The notes beneath the pieces were generated by a model, which did no database searches, was not told the DNA's origin, and was given only the letters and a program-made list of their open reading frames with translations. From Deltaproteobacteria bacterium (GTDB lineage Bacteria > Myxococcota_A > UBA9160 > SMWR01): a stretch of DNA of 34,790 bases. The translations under genes were made by a program, and so were the position numbers. Shown here in pieces: positions 16,274 to 24,994 of this stretch; the stretch's first letter is position 1, and every line of letters starts with the position of its first letter. The DNA lies in NCBI GenBank assembly GCA_019313605.1, contig JAFDAW010000017.1, forward strand, positions 1-34,790, in the 5' to 3' direction.

Positions 16274-17167
16274 TTACGTGTCGCCCTTCAAGGCCGCGCG
16301 AAGATTCGGCGGATTGCTGGCGCCGATGTCTTCGAGTTGCTTACGAGTTGCTTCGTCGAGGTCCTTCGGAACACAGATCTTGATGACCACGAAGAAGTCA
16401 CCGGCGGGACCACCGCTTGGATGCGGAACCCCCTTGCCGCGCAAACGCAACTTGGATCCACTGTCGGTTCCCGACGGAACCGTGACGGTGACCCGACCGT
16501 CGAGACTCGGAACTTCGATCTTGGTTCCCGAGGTCGCCTCTGAGATCGTCAAGGGAACATCGAGCAGAATATCGCGATCCTCGCGCCGGAAGAGCGGGTG
16601 CGGCCGGACCCGAATCGTCGCCAGCAGATCGCCAGGGGGACCGCCCCCAAGCCCCTCGCCGCCCTTGCCCCGCAGGCGGATCTGCCCCCCGTCCGCGACG
16701 CCGGGCGGAATCCGAACGGTCACGGACTCGGAGCGTTTGCCTCCGTCCCGGGTGGGCCGAGAAACCTGAAAGCGCTGTTCGCAGCCGCGGGCAGCGTCGA
16801 GGAAATCGAGGTCGACCCGCGCTTCGAGGTCTGCTCCTCGATGCCGACGAGTCCCGCGACTGGGTCCGGAACGGCCGAAGATGTTCGAGAGCAGGTCCTC
16901 GAAATCCATGCCACCGGGACCCGCGCCGCCAAAGCCTTCTTGGCCGCTGAATCCCCCTCCGAATGCGTCGCGCGCACGCCGCGCCTCCGCGACGTCGAAC
17001 CCGGGCTGAAACGAAACTTCTCCGAACTCGTCGTAGGCCTTGCGCTTCTCGGGATCGGAAAGCACCGAATTGGCCTCCGATACCGCCTTGAAGCGATCGG
17101 CGTCCTCATCGGCGTCGCGTGCGACACCCAAGATCGCGTAGGGATCCTTCGCTTCCGACGCTGCCAT
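16274..17167 (-). CDS. CbpA/DnaJ-like co-chaperone with truncated J-domain (no HPD motif, no zinc finger)
   Basis: DPYAILGV...SVLSDPEKRKAYDEFG brackets of a J-domain, G/F-rich linker, and DnaJ C-terminal domains (VRIPPGVADGGQIRLRGKG, DLLATIRV, VTVPSGTDSGSKLRLRGKGVP). The ATG overlaps the upstream stop (TGATG). Confidence 0.75.
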   Translation of the reverse strand: MAASEAKDPYAILGVARDADEDADRFKAVSEANSVLSDPEKRKAYDEFGEVSFQPGFDVAEARRARDAFGGGFSGQEGFGGAGPGGMDFEDLLSNIFGRSGPSRGTRRHRGADLEARVDLDFLDAARGCEQRFQVSRPTRDGGKRSESVTVRIPPGVADGGQIRLRGKGGEGLGGGPPGDLLATIRVRPHPLFRREDRDILLDVPLTISEATSGTKIEVPSLDGRVTVTVPSGTDSGSKLRLRGKGVPHPSGGPAGDFFVVIKICVPKDLDEATRKQLEDIGASNPPNLRAALKGDT

Positions 17168-18009
17168 CAATCATCCTCGGGCGGCTTCGCGGGCTCGACC
17201 ATCGTCTCGGGATTGGCGATCCAGTCCCGGACCATTCCGAGAGAGTATTGAGAATAGAGGCCGTCTTCGATGCGTTCGTCGTACGTATAGGCGGCGGTGA
17301 ACTTTCGCCCACCAGTGGCGTCCTGCTCAACCTCTCCCATCACGGCAAAGATGGACGTCGTTCCGTACTCCCAGAGGTGATGGAAACCCGCCGGGTAGTT
17401 GATCGAACCGAGGTTGGCGATAAAGACCGACGAGTACAACGGATCCGCGTCGATAATCTTACGCGGCAACAAGCCGAAGTGGTCCGCGAACCGTGCGATG
17501 GCGAGCGGAATCCTGGGGAGCGGATGGGGGAGACGGAGCAACCAATCCATCTCCTTCTCGCTCGTCGTCTTCTTGCCCTTGCGTCCCAAGCTCAATTGCT
17601 CATAGGTCGCGTCGGTCATCTCGCCCAGGGTTTCGCTCTCGGGATGAAAGCAGCGCTTGATGGTGATCATGGGAGCGCCGTCGATGAGTTTCTTCTTGGC
17701 ACTGAACGTTATCCACACGCCGTCGCGTTGCCAGAGACGACCGGCCTTCACGAATCGATTGACACCGGGCCGACGCAGCATCGCAATCGACACCGCGCGC
17801 AAATAGAGGTGAAACAACGTGATCGGGCGATTCCTCGGGCGCTCTTTGTTTGCCTTTTCCATGAACTCGAACGCGGCGTCGGCGCGAATCTCCTGGTTCA
17901 TGTAGAAGACCGAGTCGTTTCGCCGTGGCGACACGTAGGGCATGAAGCGGCGCATTGCGCTGAGATCGCGAACCAGGGTGGCATCGGGGCGCTTGCCGAA
18001 CATCGTCAT
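17167..18009 (-). CDS. Stand-alone 2-oxoacid dehydrogenase acyltransferase (E2 catalytic domain / CAT-fold)-like protein
   Basis: 280 aa. C-terminal YDERIEDG...MVRDWIANPE aligns with the E2 motif DHRxxDG...P, with Glu where the catalytic His is expected. No lipoyl or subunit-binding domain. Confidence 0.6.
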   Translation of the reverse strand: MTMFGKRPDATLVRDLSAMRRFMPYVSPRRNDSVFYMNQEIRADAAFEFMEKANKERPRNRPITLFHLYLRAVSIAMLRRPGVNRFVKAGRLWQRDGVWITFSAKKKLIDGAPMITIKRCFHPESETLGEMTDATYEQLSLGRKGKKTTSEKEMDWLLRLPHPLPRIPLAIARFADHFGLLPRKIIDADPLYSSVFIANLGSINYPAGFHHLWEYGTTSIFAVMGEVEQDATGGRKFTAAYTYDERIEDGLYSQYSLGMVRDWIANPETMVEPAKPPEDD

Positions 18010-18043
18010 CTCCCATGGAACAGCAGGGTTGAAGAGCGAGAGT

Positions 18044-18685
18044 CTAGTTATTGCGGCGGCGGTCCGCGGGGGGGCGCTTCATGAGCCACGCACGCACGCC
18101 GAGAACCGAGGTTTCGCCTACCGGCGCGAATCCCGCCCGCTCGTAGAAACGGATATTCGCCTCGCTGTCGGTTTCCAGGTAGGCGGGTATGGGGTCGCGG
18201 TCGACGTCGGCCAGCCAGTGCGAAAGCAGGGCCGCTCCGATGCCTCGGCGCTGTGCCGAGCAGTCCACCCCCAGGACTGCGAGATACCAGTGGGGCTCGG
18301 GGGGGTGAAGTGCGTCGAGGACCTCGAAGACCACCTCCCAACGCCGGGCGACCGACCACCCCTGCCGCATCAATAAGCCCAACCGAACCCTCAGGGGCGG
18401 CGGGGGCAACGGGAACCGGCCCGGGGGAGACGCGACGAGGCCACCCGCCACCTCCCCGTCCAGGGTCGCCACGAGAACCTGTCCATGCTGGTGCGCGATG
18501 GGAAGAAGTGCCCGCATGTTGTCGCGATTGGAGCGGAAGCGGCGATCGGGATCCGCGGATCGATTCACCGCGCGATTGAGGGGGTTGCCGCAGAAAGCGC
18601 GAGCCAGCACGTCGGCCGTCGGTTGCAGCTGCGAATCGGCCAGCGGAGCGACCGATGCCGCGCTCGGATCATTCCAGCCCGACAC
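18044..18685 (-). CDS. GNAT-family N-acetyltransferase
   Basis: 213 aa. Acetyl-CoA motif A region LAVLGVDCSAQRRGIGAALLSHWL and C-terminal FYERAGF. Confidence 0.8.
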   Translation of the reverse strand: MSGWNDPSAASVAPLADSQLQPTADVLARAFCGNPLNRAVNRSADPDRRFRSNRDNMRALLPIAHQHGQVLVATLDGEVAGGLVASPPGRFPLPPPPLRVRLGLLMRQGWSVARRWEVVFEVLDALHPPEPHWYLAVLGVDCSAQRRGIGAALLSHWLADVDRDPIPAYLETDSEANIRFYERAGFAPVGETSVLGVRAWLMKRPPADRRRNN

Positions 18686-18734
18686 GGGTGAAGCCTATCG
18701 GCGCAGCGTCGCGGATTGGAACGAAAGTATCCGG

Positions 18735-19292
18735 TCAGGCACCCTCGCGGGCTCGCTGGCGATGCACCGTGTCGCGATGGCCGACGGGGAGATTGAGGAT
18801 CTCACGCGGAAATGCCTCGACGATGAACTCGACCACATCTCGAACGCGGACCACGAAAACGGGCCGGTGCTCGTCGTCGACCACGGGAATGTGCCGGAAG
18901 CCCCCGACTGACATCATATTGAGCGCCGAGGCGACCGTCGAACGCACCAGGAGGGTCTCCGGATCCGGCGTCATCACTTCACCCATCGGCAGCGCTGCGG
19001 GGTTTCTTCCGCGGTCGACGACCCGGAAGAGCACGTCGCGTTCGGTGAAAATGCCCGTGATCTTGCTGTTTCGGGTGCCGTCGTCGGTGATCACCACGCA
19101 ACTGCAGTGTTCACTCTTCATCAGGCGCATGGCCTCGGTAACGGTCGTGTGGGGTGACACGATCAGCGCTCGGCGCACCGGGAGCACCGCGACGGGTTCT
19201 CGGAGCAGCGCCGAATCGAACGTGCGTCCAGCCGGCCGCTGCGACTCGAAATAGTTTTCGTCGATCAGATCGTCTCGATCCTTGAAACCCAT
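18735..19292 (-). CDS. CBS-pair domain protein
   Basis: 185 aa. Two CBS motifs (VSPHTTVTEAMRLMKSEHCSCVVITDD...GIFTERDV and VRSTVASALNMMSVGGFRHIPVVDDEHRPVFVVRVRDV). GGGAGGGAG Shine-Dalgarno upstream. Confidence 0.8.
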   Translation of the reverse strand: MGFKDRDDLIDENYFESQRPAGRTFDSALLREPVAVLPVRRALIVSPHTTVTEAMRLMKSEHCSCVVITDDGTRNSKITGIFTERDVLFRVVDRGRNPAALPMGEVMTPDPETLLVRSTVASALNMMSVGGFRHIPVVDDEHRPVFVVRVRDVVEFIVEAFPREILNLPVGHRDTVHRQRAREGA

Positions 19293-19508
19293 TTGCTCCC
19301 TCCCTTCTCTGTATGATCTGGAGATCCTTTCATTGTAAACCCACCAGCCAGTGCTGAACAGAGAGAATCTCCAAGCTTTTAAATACCAGATTTACTCTAT
19401 TAAAACAAGATGTTACGAGATTTTGACGATACGGGACGCAAGCGGCTTCCCCGCAGAGATCCCGGGGCTGGCTCGGGCGGAAGATATCGGGGAAGCTCCG
19501 GCCCGATC

Positions 19509-19844
19509 ATGGACCCGAATTCAGCCGAATCCGCTCCCGCTCCGGTACTCGCGAGCTATCAACGCAAGGCGCTCCGCGGGCTTGCGAACCCGCTGCGCCC
19601 AATCGTCCACGTCGGCGAAGCGGGCGTGAGCGACCAGGTTCTGCGCGCGCTTGACGAAGCCCTCCTCGCCCACGAGCTCGTCAAGGTTCGACTGTTGGCG
19701 CCCGAGGACAAGAAGGCAGCGGCTCAGGCGATCGCCGACAAGAGCGGTGCGGCGCTCTGCGGACTGGTGGGTCACACCGTGATCCTGTATCGGCCCAACC
19801 CCGAAGACCCCCGAATCGAGCTGCCCGAGCGGCGGACCGACTGA
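19509..19844 (+). CDS. yhbY: YhbY-like CRM-domain RNA-binding (ribosome assembly) protein
   Basis: YQRKALRGLANPLRPIVHVGEAGVSDQVLRALDEALLAHELVKVRL...GHTVILYRP parallels E. coli YhbY. The upstream part of the ORF-track frame (19410-) is Arg/Gly-rich and A/T-rich, so probably non-coding. Confidence 0.8.
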   Translation: MDPNSAESAPAPVLASYQRKALRGLANPLRPIVHVGEAGVSDQVLRALDEALLAHELVKVRLLAPEDKKAAAQAIADKSGAALCGLVGHTVILYRPNPEDPRIELPERRTD

Positions 19845-19854
19845 TCCCGAAGCC

Positions 19855-21176
19855 ATGCCGGGCTCAAAGCCTTCCCGCCCGCGCCCCGCCCTCGCCGCAA
19901 TTGGCTTGCTCGCCGCGATCTCGGGCTGCGCGTACGCGCTGATCGAAGACGGCGTCATCCGCGAGGGCCCCATGCGGGAAATCGTGGCGAATACGGTTCG
20001 CGCGCGGGCAATCGAACCGGAGGGGCCGATTGCGGCCCGTACCGTGAACCGGGACGAGTTGCGCGCAGTCCTCGCCGAGGCATTCGGCCAATGGAAAACT
20101 CCCGCTGAGCTCGCGGATTACGAGCGGGCACTGGTCGCGCTGGGCCTCTGGCCTGCGGACCGCGATCTCTACGCGGAGGCGCTCGCCATCTACGGGCGGA
20201 GGCGCTCGCCATCTACGGCGAAGCGATCGTCGGAGTCTACCTGCCCACGAGCAGAGAACTCCTGCTCGTCTCCGATGCGGATGCATCCCGAGGGTTGGGC
20301 TTTCTCTCTGCAGTGTTGCGCCGGGACTTTCAGACAGAATTCGCACTCTCCCACGAAATCATTCACCTGCTTCAACACCAGGCCTATCCGGAATTGATGG
20401 ATCCCGATCAGGTGCCGACTAACAGCGACGACCTCGAAACCGCGATCCAGGCGGCCCTCGAAGGAGACGCGCTGCGTTTCGGATTCGACGCCGTCGGCAT
20501 GCAACCACCGGCGCCAGCCAATTGGAGGGTGATGGTCGATGGACAGATGTCCGGCTCCGAAGGCAGCGCGCTCGCAGAAGCGCCAGCGCTGATTCGTCTC
20601 ACCCTCGCCTTTCCCTACGCCCGCGGTTACGCACTGGCGTGGAACGAAGAATTTGGCCTGCTCGAGTCGCCTCCGATCTCGACCGAGCAGGTCATGCACG
20701 ACGACCGGCGACGCGAAGCCTTTCTACAGATGGATCTGAACGAGTTGGAAAGTCGGTTACCGACGGGCTGTCGCACCCTGCAACGCAACACGGCCGGTGA
20801 GTTGCTGATCTCGGTCCTGTTTCGCGACCTGTCGGAAAGCCCCGACCCTGCGATCTGGGAGGGCTGGAACGGAGACCGCTACCTGGTCGCAGACTGCGAG
20901 GGCCGCACCGAGTGGGTGTGGTGGACGGCCTGGGACTCCGCGGCCGACGCCGCGGAGTTTGCGGACGCCTACTTCGAACTCGCCTCGGCCGTGGCCGCGC
21001 GCGCGGGTTCTGCGATCCCCGTCTCGACGCAAACGGAAGCGACCTACGTGGTCGTCACGAGTAGCGGCTTCGCCGACGAAGCGTCGAAGCCGCCGCCACC
21101 GGCCACTCGGGTAGCCGACCTGGCGTCTCTTCAAGCGCTGCTCCGCAGCAGCGAAAGACGCGCCGCTCGCGAGTGA
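19855..21176 (+). pseudogene. HExxH zinc-metallopeptidase lipoprotein, frame broken by a 23-bp tandem duplication
   Basis: Lipobox LLAAISGC at the N-terminus. The HEIIH...ALEGDA gluzincin-like motif lies in the downstream ORF (20295-21176). Deleting one 23-bp copy joins both ORFs into one frame of about 432 aa (…LAIYGEAIVGVYLPTSRELLLVSDADASRGLGFLSAVL…). Confidence 0.8.
20173..20218 (+). repeat. Perfect 23-bp x2 tandem duplication inside a coding sequence
   Basis: GCGGAGGCGCTCGCCATCTACGG at 20173-20195 is repeated exactly at 20196-20218. Confidence 0.95.
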
Positions 21177-21191
21177 TCTCCGATCCGCGTC

Positions 21192-22883
21192 TCAGAACAG
21201 GCCGGTGATCTTGCCCTCGTCGTCGACGTCGATGACTTCTGCCGCCGGAATCTTGGGCAGCCCCGGCATCGTCATGATGTCGCCGCAGTAGACGATCACG
21301 AACTCGGCGCCGGCCGCGAGCCGAACATCGCGCACCGGGAACGTGAATCCCTTGGGAGCACCGAGGAGCGTCGGATCGGACGAGAACGAGTACTGGGTCT
21401 TCGCCATGCAAACCGGAAGATGGCCGTAGCCCGCTTTCTCGAGAGCGGCGAGCTTGTTGCGCACGCGTTTGTCCGTTTCGACCTTGCCGGCGCGGTAGAT
21501 CTTCGTTGCGACGATTTCGATCTTATCCCACAGGGGCATTGAGTCTTCGTAGAGGTGGTGGAAGTTCGAAGGAACCTTGCCCATGATTTCGACGACTTTT
21601 TCGGCGAGCTTCAGGCCACCCTTGGACCCGTGTTCCCAGACGGTGCTCTCGACGACTTCCACACCGAGAGCGGCGCACTTCTCCATCGTCATCTCGACTT
21701 CTGCCTTCGTGTCCTGCGTAAAACGATTCAGCCCAACCACGACAGGAACGCCGAAGGATTGACAGTTGTCGATGTGCTGCTTCAGATTCGCCAGGCCTAG
21801 GGAAAGTGCCTCGAGATTCTCCGTCGCCAGGTTCCCCTTCGGAACACCGCCGTTCATCTTGAGCGATCGGATCGTCGCGACGACGACGATGACGTTGGGC
21901 TTGAAACCCGCCTTGCGGCAGACGATGTTGAGGAACTTCTCGGCGCCGAGATCCGCACCGAAACCCGCTTCCGTCACGACGTAATCCGCCATCTGGAGCG
22001 CTGCCCGCGTCGCGATGATCGAGTTCGCACCGTGAGCGATGTTCGCGAACGGGCCGCCGTGCACAAACGTCGGCGTGTGCTCGACGGTCTGGACCAGATT
22101 CGGCCGGATTGCGTCTTTCAGCAGCGCGGTCATCGAACCGTGAACCTTCAAATCCTTCGCGCACACTTCTTTCTTGTCGTAGTCATAAGCGACGACGATG
22201 TTCCCGAGGCGGCGTTTGAGATCATTCAGGTCGGTACTCAGGCAGAAGATCGCCATGATTTCCGACGCGACCGTGATCTGGAAGTGATCCTCTCTCGGCA
22301 CCGCGTCGTTCAAACCGCCCAGCCCGATGACGATGTTGCGAAGAGACCGGTCGTTCATGTCGAGAACGCGAGTCCAGTTGATCCGGCGAGGGTTGATCCC
22401 GAGGGCATTGCCGTGGTGAAGGTGATTGTCGATCGCAGCCGAGAGCAGATTGTTGGCCAGACCGATCGCATGGAAGTCACCCGTAAAATGGAGATTGATC
22501 TCCTCCATCGGGAGAACCTGCGCGTAGCCACCGCCGGCGGCGCCTCCCTTCATGCCGAAGCACGGCCCAAGCGAAGGCTCACGGAGACAGAGCATCGTAT
22601 CTTCGCCGTTCGCGACGAGTGCATCAGCGAGTCCTACGGCTGTCGTCGTCTTGCCTTCACCGGCCGGAGTGGGGCTCATGGCGGTGACGAGAATCAACTT
22701 TCCTTTGCCACTTTCCGCATTTGAAAACGCCAGGCACTTCTCGCGCGTAAGCTTGGCGATATGGCGACCGTAACAATCGAAATCGTCGTCTTCGAATCCC
22801 GCTTTCTTCGCGATTTCACCAATCGGCTTGAGCTGGGCATTCTGGGCAATTTCGATATCGGAAGGGAACTGGTTGTTGGCCAT
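21192..22883 (-). CDS. fhs: Formate--tetrahydrofolate ligase
   Basis: 563 aa, full-length match to the FTHFS pattern (PTPAGEGKTTT P-loop, EPSLGP, FANIAHG, GFGADLGAEKF). AGGAGA Shine-Dalgarno. Confidence 0.95.
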   Translation of the reverse strand: MANNQFPSDIEIAQNAQLKPIGEIAKKAGFEDDDFDCYGRHIAKLTREKCLAFSNAESGKGKLILVTAMSPTPAGEGKTTTAVGLADALVANGEDTMLCLREPSLGPCFGMKGGAAGGGYAQVLPMEEINLHFTGDFHAIGLANNLLSAAIDNHLHHGNALGINPRRINWTRVLDMNDRSLRNIVIGLGGLNDAVPREDHFQITVASEIMAIFCLSTDLNDLKRRLGNIVVAYDYDKKEVCAKDLKVHGSMTALLKDAIRPNLVQTVEHTPTFVHGGPFANIAHGANSIIATRAALQMADYVVTEAGFGADLGAEKFLNIVCRKAGFKPNVIVVVATIRSLKMNGGVPKGNLATENLEALSLGLANLKQHIDNCQSFGVPVVVGLNRFTQDTKAEVEMTMEKCAALGVEVVESTVWEHGSKGGLKLAEKVVEIMGKVPSNFHHLYEDSMPLWDKIEIVATKIYRAGKVETDKRVRNKLAALEKAGYGHLPVCMAKTQYSFSSDPTLLGAPKGFTFPVRDVRLAAGAEFVIVYCGDIMTMPGLPKIPAAEVIDVDDEGKITGLF

Positions 22884-23045
22884 GACATTCTCCTAGAGAG
22901 GGATTCAGCACTTTACGAGCAAGCACACCGCCGGACCAATGGAGGTGCGAAGCTACGTGAAACCGACTCCGAATAGTACGAGGCGGCGCGTACGTGTGCA
23001 AGCTGAAACCAGCTATCGAGTTCCTTTGCAACCCGTTTCGAACGA

Positions 23046-23429
23046 CTAACTGCTGGGCGTATCGACGAAGCGAGCGATCGCCTTGCGCATGTCCTGCCGA
23101 TGGAGGTTCCCGAGATGACCATCGCGCTCGAAAAAGTGCACGCGATTGGGGAACAATGCCTCTGCCCATGAGGCATCTTGGGACCGGAGTAAGAAATCGT
23201 TGCAATCGCTCACGAAGAAGACCTTGTCGTTGCTCGTGAGGCCGCACTCGAGGGAGCACGAATTGGATAGGTCGATCGAGAATTCCGAGTCGAGGCGGGC
23301 CCATGGCAGCTCTGCCCTGAGATCGAGCGCCTCCCGCAGGATCCCAGCGATCTGCTCATCGCGTACCTCCTCCGGGACGGCCAGCGGCGCGATCGCTTGC
23401 TCTCTGCGTTTCGTGGTCGACAGCTGCAT
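23046..23429 (-). CDS. Hypothetical protein (resembles the C-terminal part of an alpha/beta hydrolase)
   Basis: 127-aa ORF. The tail ...VHFFERDGHLGNLHRQDMRKAIARFV looks like the His-loop end of alpha/beta hydrolases, but the ORF is too short for the full fold. Confidence 0.4.
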   Translation of the reverse strand: MQLSTTKRREQAIAPLAVPEEVRDEQIAGILREALDLRAELPWARLDSEFSIDLSNSCSLECGLTSNDKVFFVSDCNDFLLRSQDASWAEALFPNRVHFFERDGHLGNLHRQDMRKAIARFVDTPSS

Positions 23430-23521
23430 GGATCGGCTAATGGTCTCTCTGTGCGAGATCCGGATCGATCATCGATAGAAGCCAAGAGAATCACCCCGCC
23501 TAACGACGAATCGGGTGCGCG

Positions 23522-24739
23522 ATGAATATCAGTCGGTGGATTTCGGAAGCCCCCTCCGTCGCCGAGGCCTACGACACGACGCGGCCTGGTTTCGAAGCCT
23601 ACGTCGACGAAATCGACGCGTGGTATCAGACTCGCCCCGGGACGTACTCCGGGCTGGATGAGACGGCGAGGCACGAGGGAGACGCGGCCCTGGCCTTCCG
23701 GATCGCGCTGAAGATCGCCGAGTCCCGCCGCATCGTTCGCGAACTGGCCGCGCCCGTGACCATCACGCTGCTCAATCCCGTCTACAAGGAGACGGGCCGG
23801 ATGCAGCGGAGAGAGGAGCACCCGCACGGCGAGGATTCGATCCGCAGCAAGGTTCGGATCCTTCGCGGCCTCGAAGCACTCAATCACCATCTGACCGCTC
23901 GCCTGATCGTGATCGACGACGAGTGCCCGAACGAATCGGGCAAGATGGCCGATCAAGTCCTGCGCGAGTACGGGGAGGATCACGCGAGTGAGAAGTACCG
24001 CACCCTCTTCCTCGCCGAGGCGATCGATGCCCCGGATCCCGAACTTCCCGCCGGTCTGACGCACAAGGACGGCCCGAGACGGAGTGTAAAGGGCGGCGCG
24101 CTGCTATTCGGAATGCACAAGGCGCTGAGGCACACCGCAGACGGGCTGCATCTCGTGGTCGACAACGATGCGGATCTCTCCGTCCACCCGGCGCAAATCG
24201 GCATCCTGATCGAGGACATCGTCGAGGCACGCGCGAAGGCGGTGGCCGGCTCGCGCCGCGAGGTCGACTCCGTGGCGTTGATCGGGCCATCGAGAAACAC
24301 GCGCGGCCATCTCTTCATTCGAATCTGGCAGCACTGGCTGCCCGAACTCGCGCGCGTGATCACGGATACGAACCGCGCCTTCAAGGCCTTCGAAGCCGGG
24401 TCCCTGGCGGAAATCCTCCCTCGGATCGAAATCTACACGTTCCCCTACCAGATCGAGCTACTGCAGGCCTACATTACGAGCGGGATCCCGCTGAACAAGC
24501 GGGGTATCGCCTATGTCGACTCCGAAGCGGCCTCCACCCAGGACGGTGCGGAGATCACCGAAACCTATCTGAACCAGGTCCGCCAGATCATCGACATCGC
24601 GCGACGCTACGGGGAACTCGATCAGGACGACGAACTAGCCCGGTTCTTTCTAACGGTTTCAGAAGCGGAGTGGCGGCGGATCGAAGCCAACCCGCCCAAC
24701 ACGCTCACCGAGCTGCGACACATGGCTCGCGGCAGCTAG
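23522..24739 (+). CDS. GT-A fold (family 2-like) glycosyltransferase
   Basis: 405 aa. LIVIDDECPNESG, DxD-type VVDNDADL, NRAFKAF. Confidence 0.7.
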   Translation: MNISRWISEAPSVAEAYDTTRPGFEAYVDEIDAWYQTRPGTYSGLDETARHEGDAALAFRIALKIAESRRIVRELAAPVTITLLNPVYKETGRMQRREEHPHGEDSIRSKVRILRGLEALNHHLTARLIVIDDECPNESGKMADQVLREYGEDHASEKYRTLFLAEAIDAPDPELPAGLTHKDGPRRSVKGGALLFGMHKALRHTADGLHLVVDNDADLSVHPAQIGILIEDIVEARAKAVAGSRREVDSVALIGPSRNTRGHLFIRIWQHWLPELARVITDTNRAFKAFEAGSLAEILPRIEIYTFPYQIELLQAYITSGIPLNKRGIAYVDSEAASTQDGAEITETYLNQVRQIIDIARRYGELDQDDELARFFLTVSEAEWRRIEANPPNTLTELRHMARGS

Positions 24740-24793
24740 GGCGAAACTCGTAAGCCCTCGGTTGCGAGAACGGATGCAGTGCGGGCTAATCGA

Positions 24794-24839
24794 TGGTGGA
24801 CCCTCCAGGGCTCGAACCCGGGACCGTCCGGTCATGAGC
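24794..24839 (-). other. Orphan 3' half of a tRNA(CAU) (anticodon loop to CCA): degenerate att-like direct repeat
   Basis: The reverse complement reads CTCATGACCGGACGGTCCCGGGTTCGAGCCCTGGAGGGTCCACCA. It differs at 4 positions from the matching part of the intact tRNA at 26156-26232. No D-arm or 5' acceptor strand upstream. Confidence 0.8.
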
Positions 24840-24994
24840 TGGGGGCTGGTCTCGATCTCTCCGGAATCGTTGGAGTTCCTCGCCCGCAGCGCGCCACACT
24901 GTGACGGGATGCCAAGGCGCTGTGCTGCCTAGCTTTGACTGTGCGAGAATCCGCGCAACCGCGGCAGAATCTCGCAGATATAGGAGGAAAACCC

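Noticed and set aside
22884-23045. Possible ZTP (pfl) or other folate-related riboswitch in the 160-nt leader of fhs
   Set aside because: Only weak partial resemblance on the minus strand (a CTGG and a CGCCGCCT segment in the right order). The invariant GACUGGCG and CCUGGGC elements as I remember them are absent. An Rfam scan would be needed to revisit this.
24794-24880. A second complete tRNA gene
   Set aside because: Only the anticodon loop, variable loop, T-arm, 3' acceptor strand and CCA are present. The upstream sequence has no D-arm and no GGACCCT 5' acceptor strand, so no cloverleaf can form.
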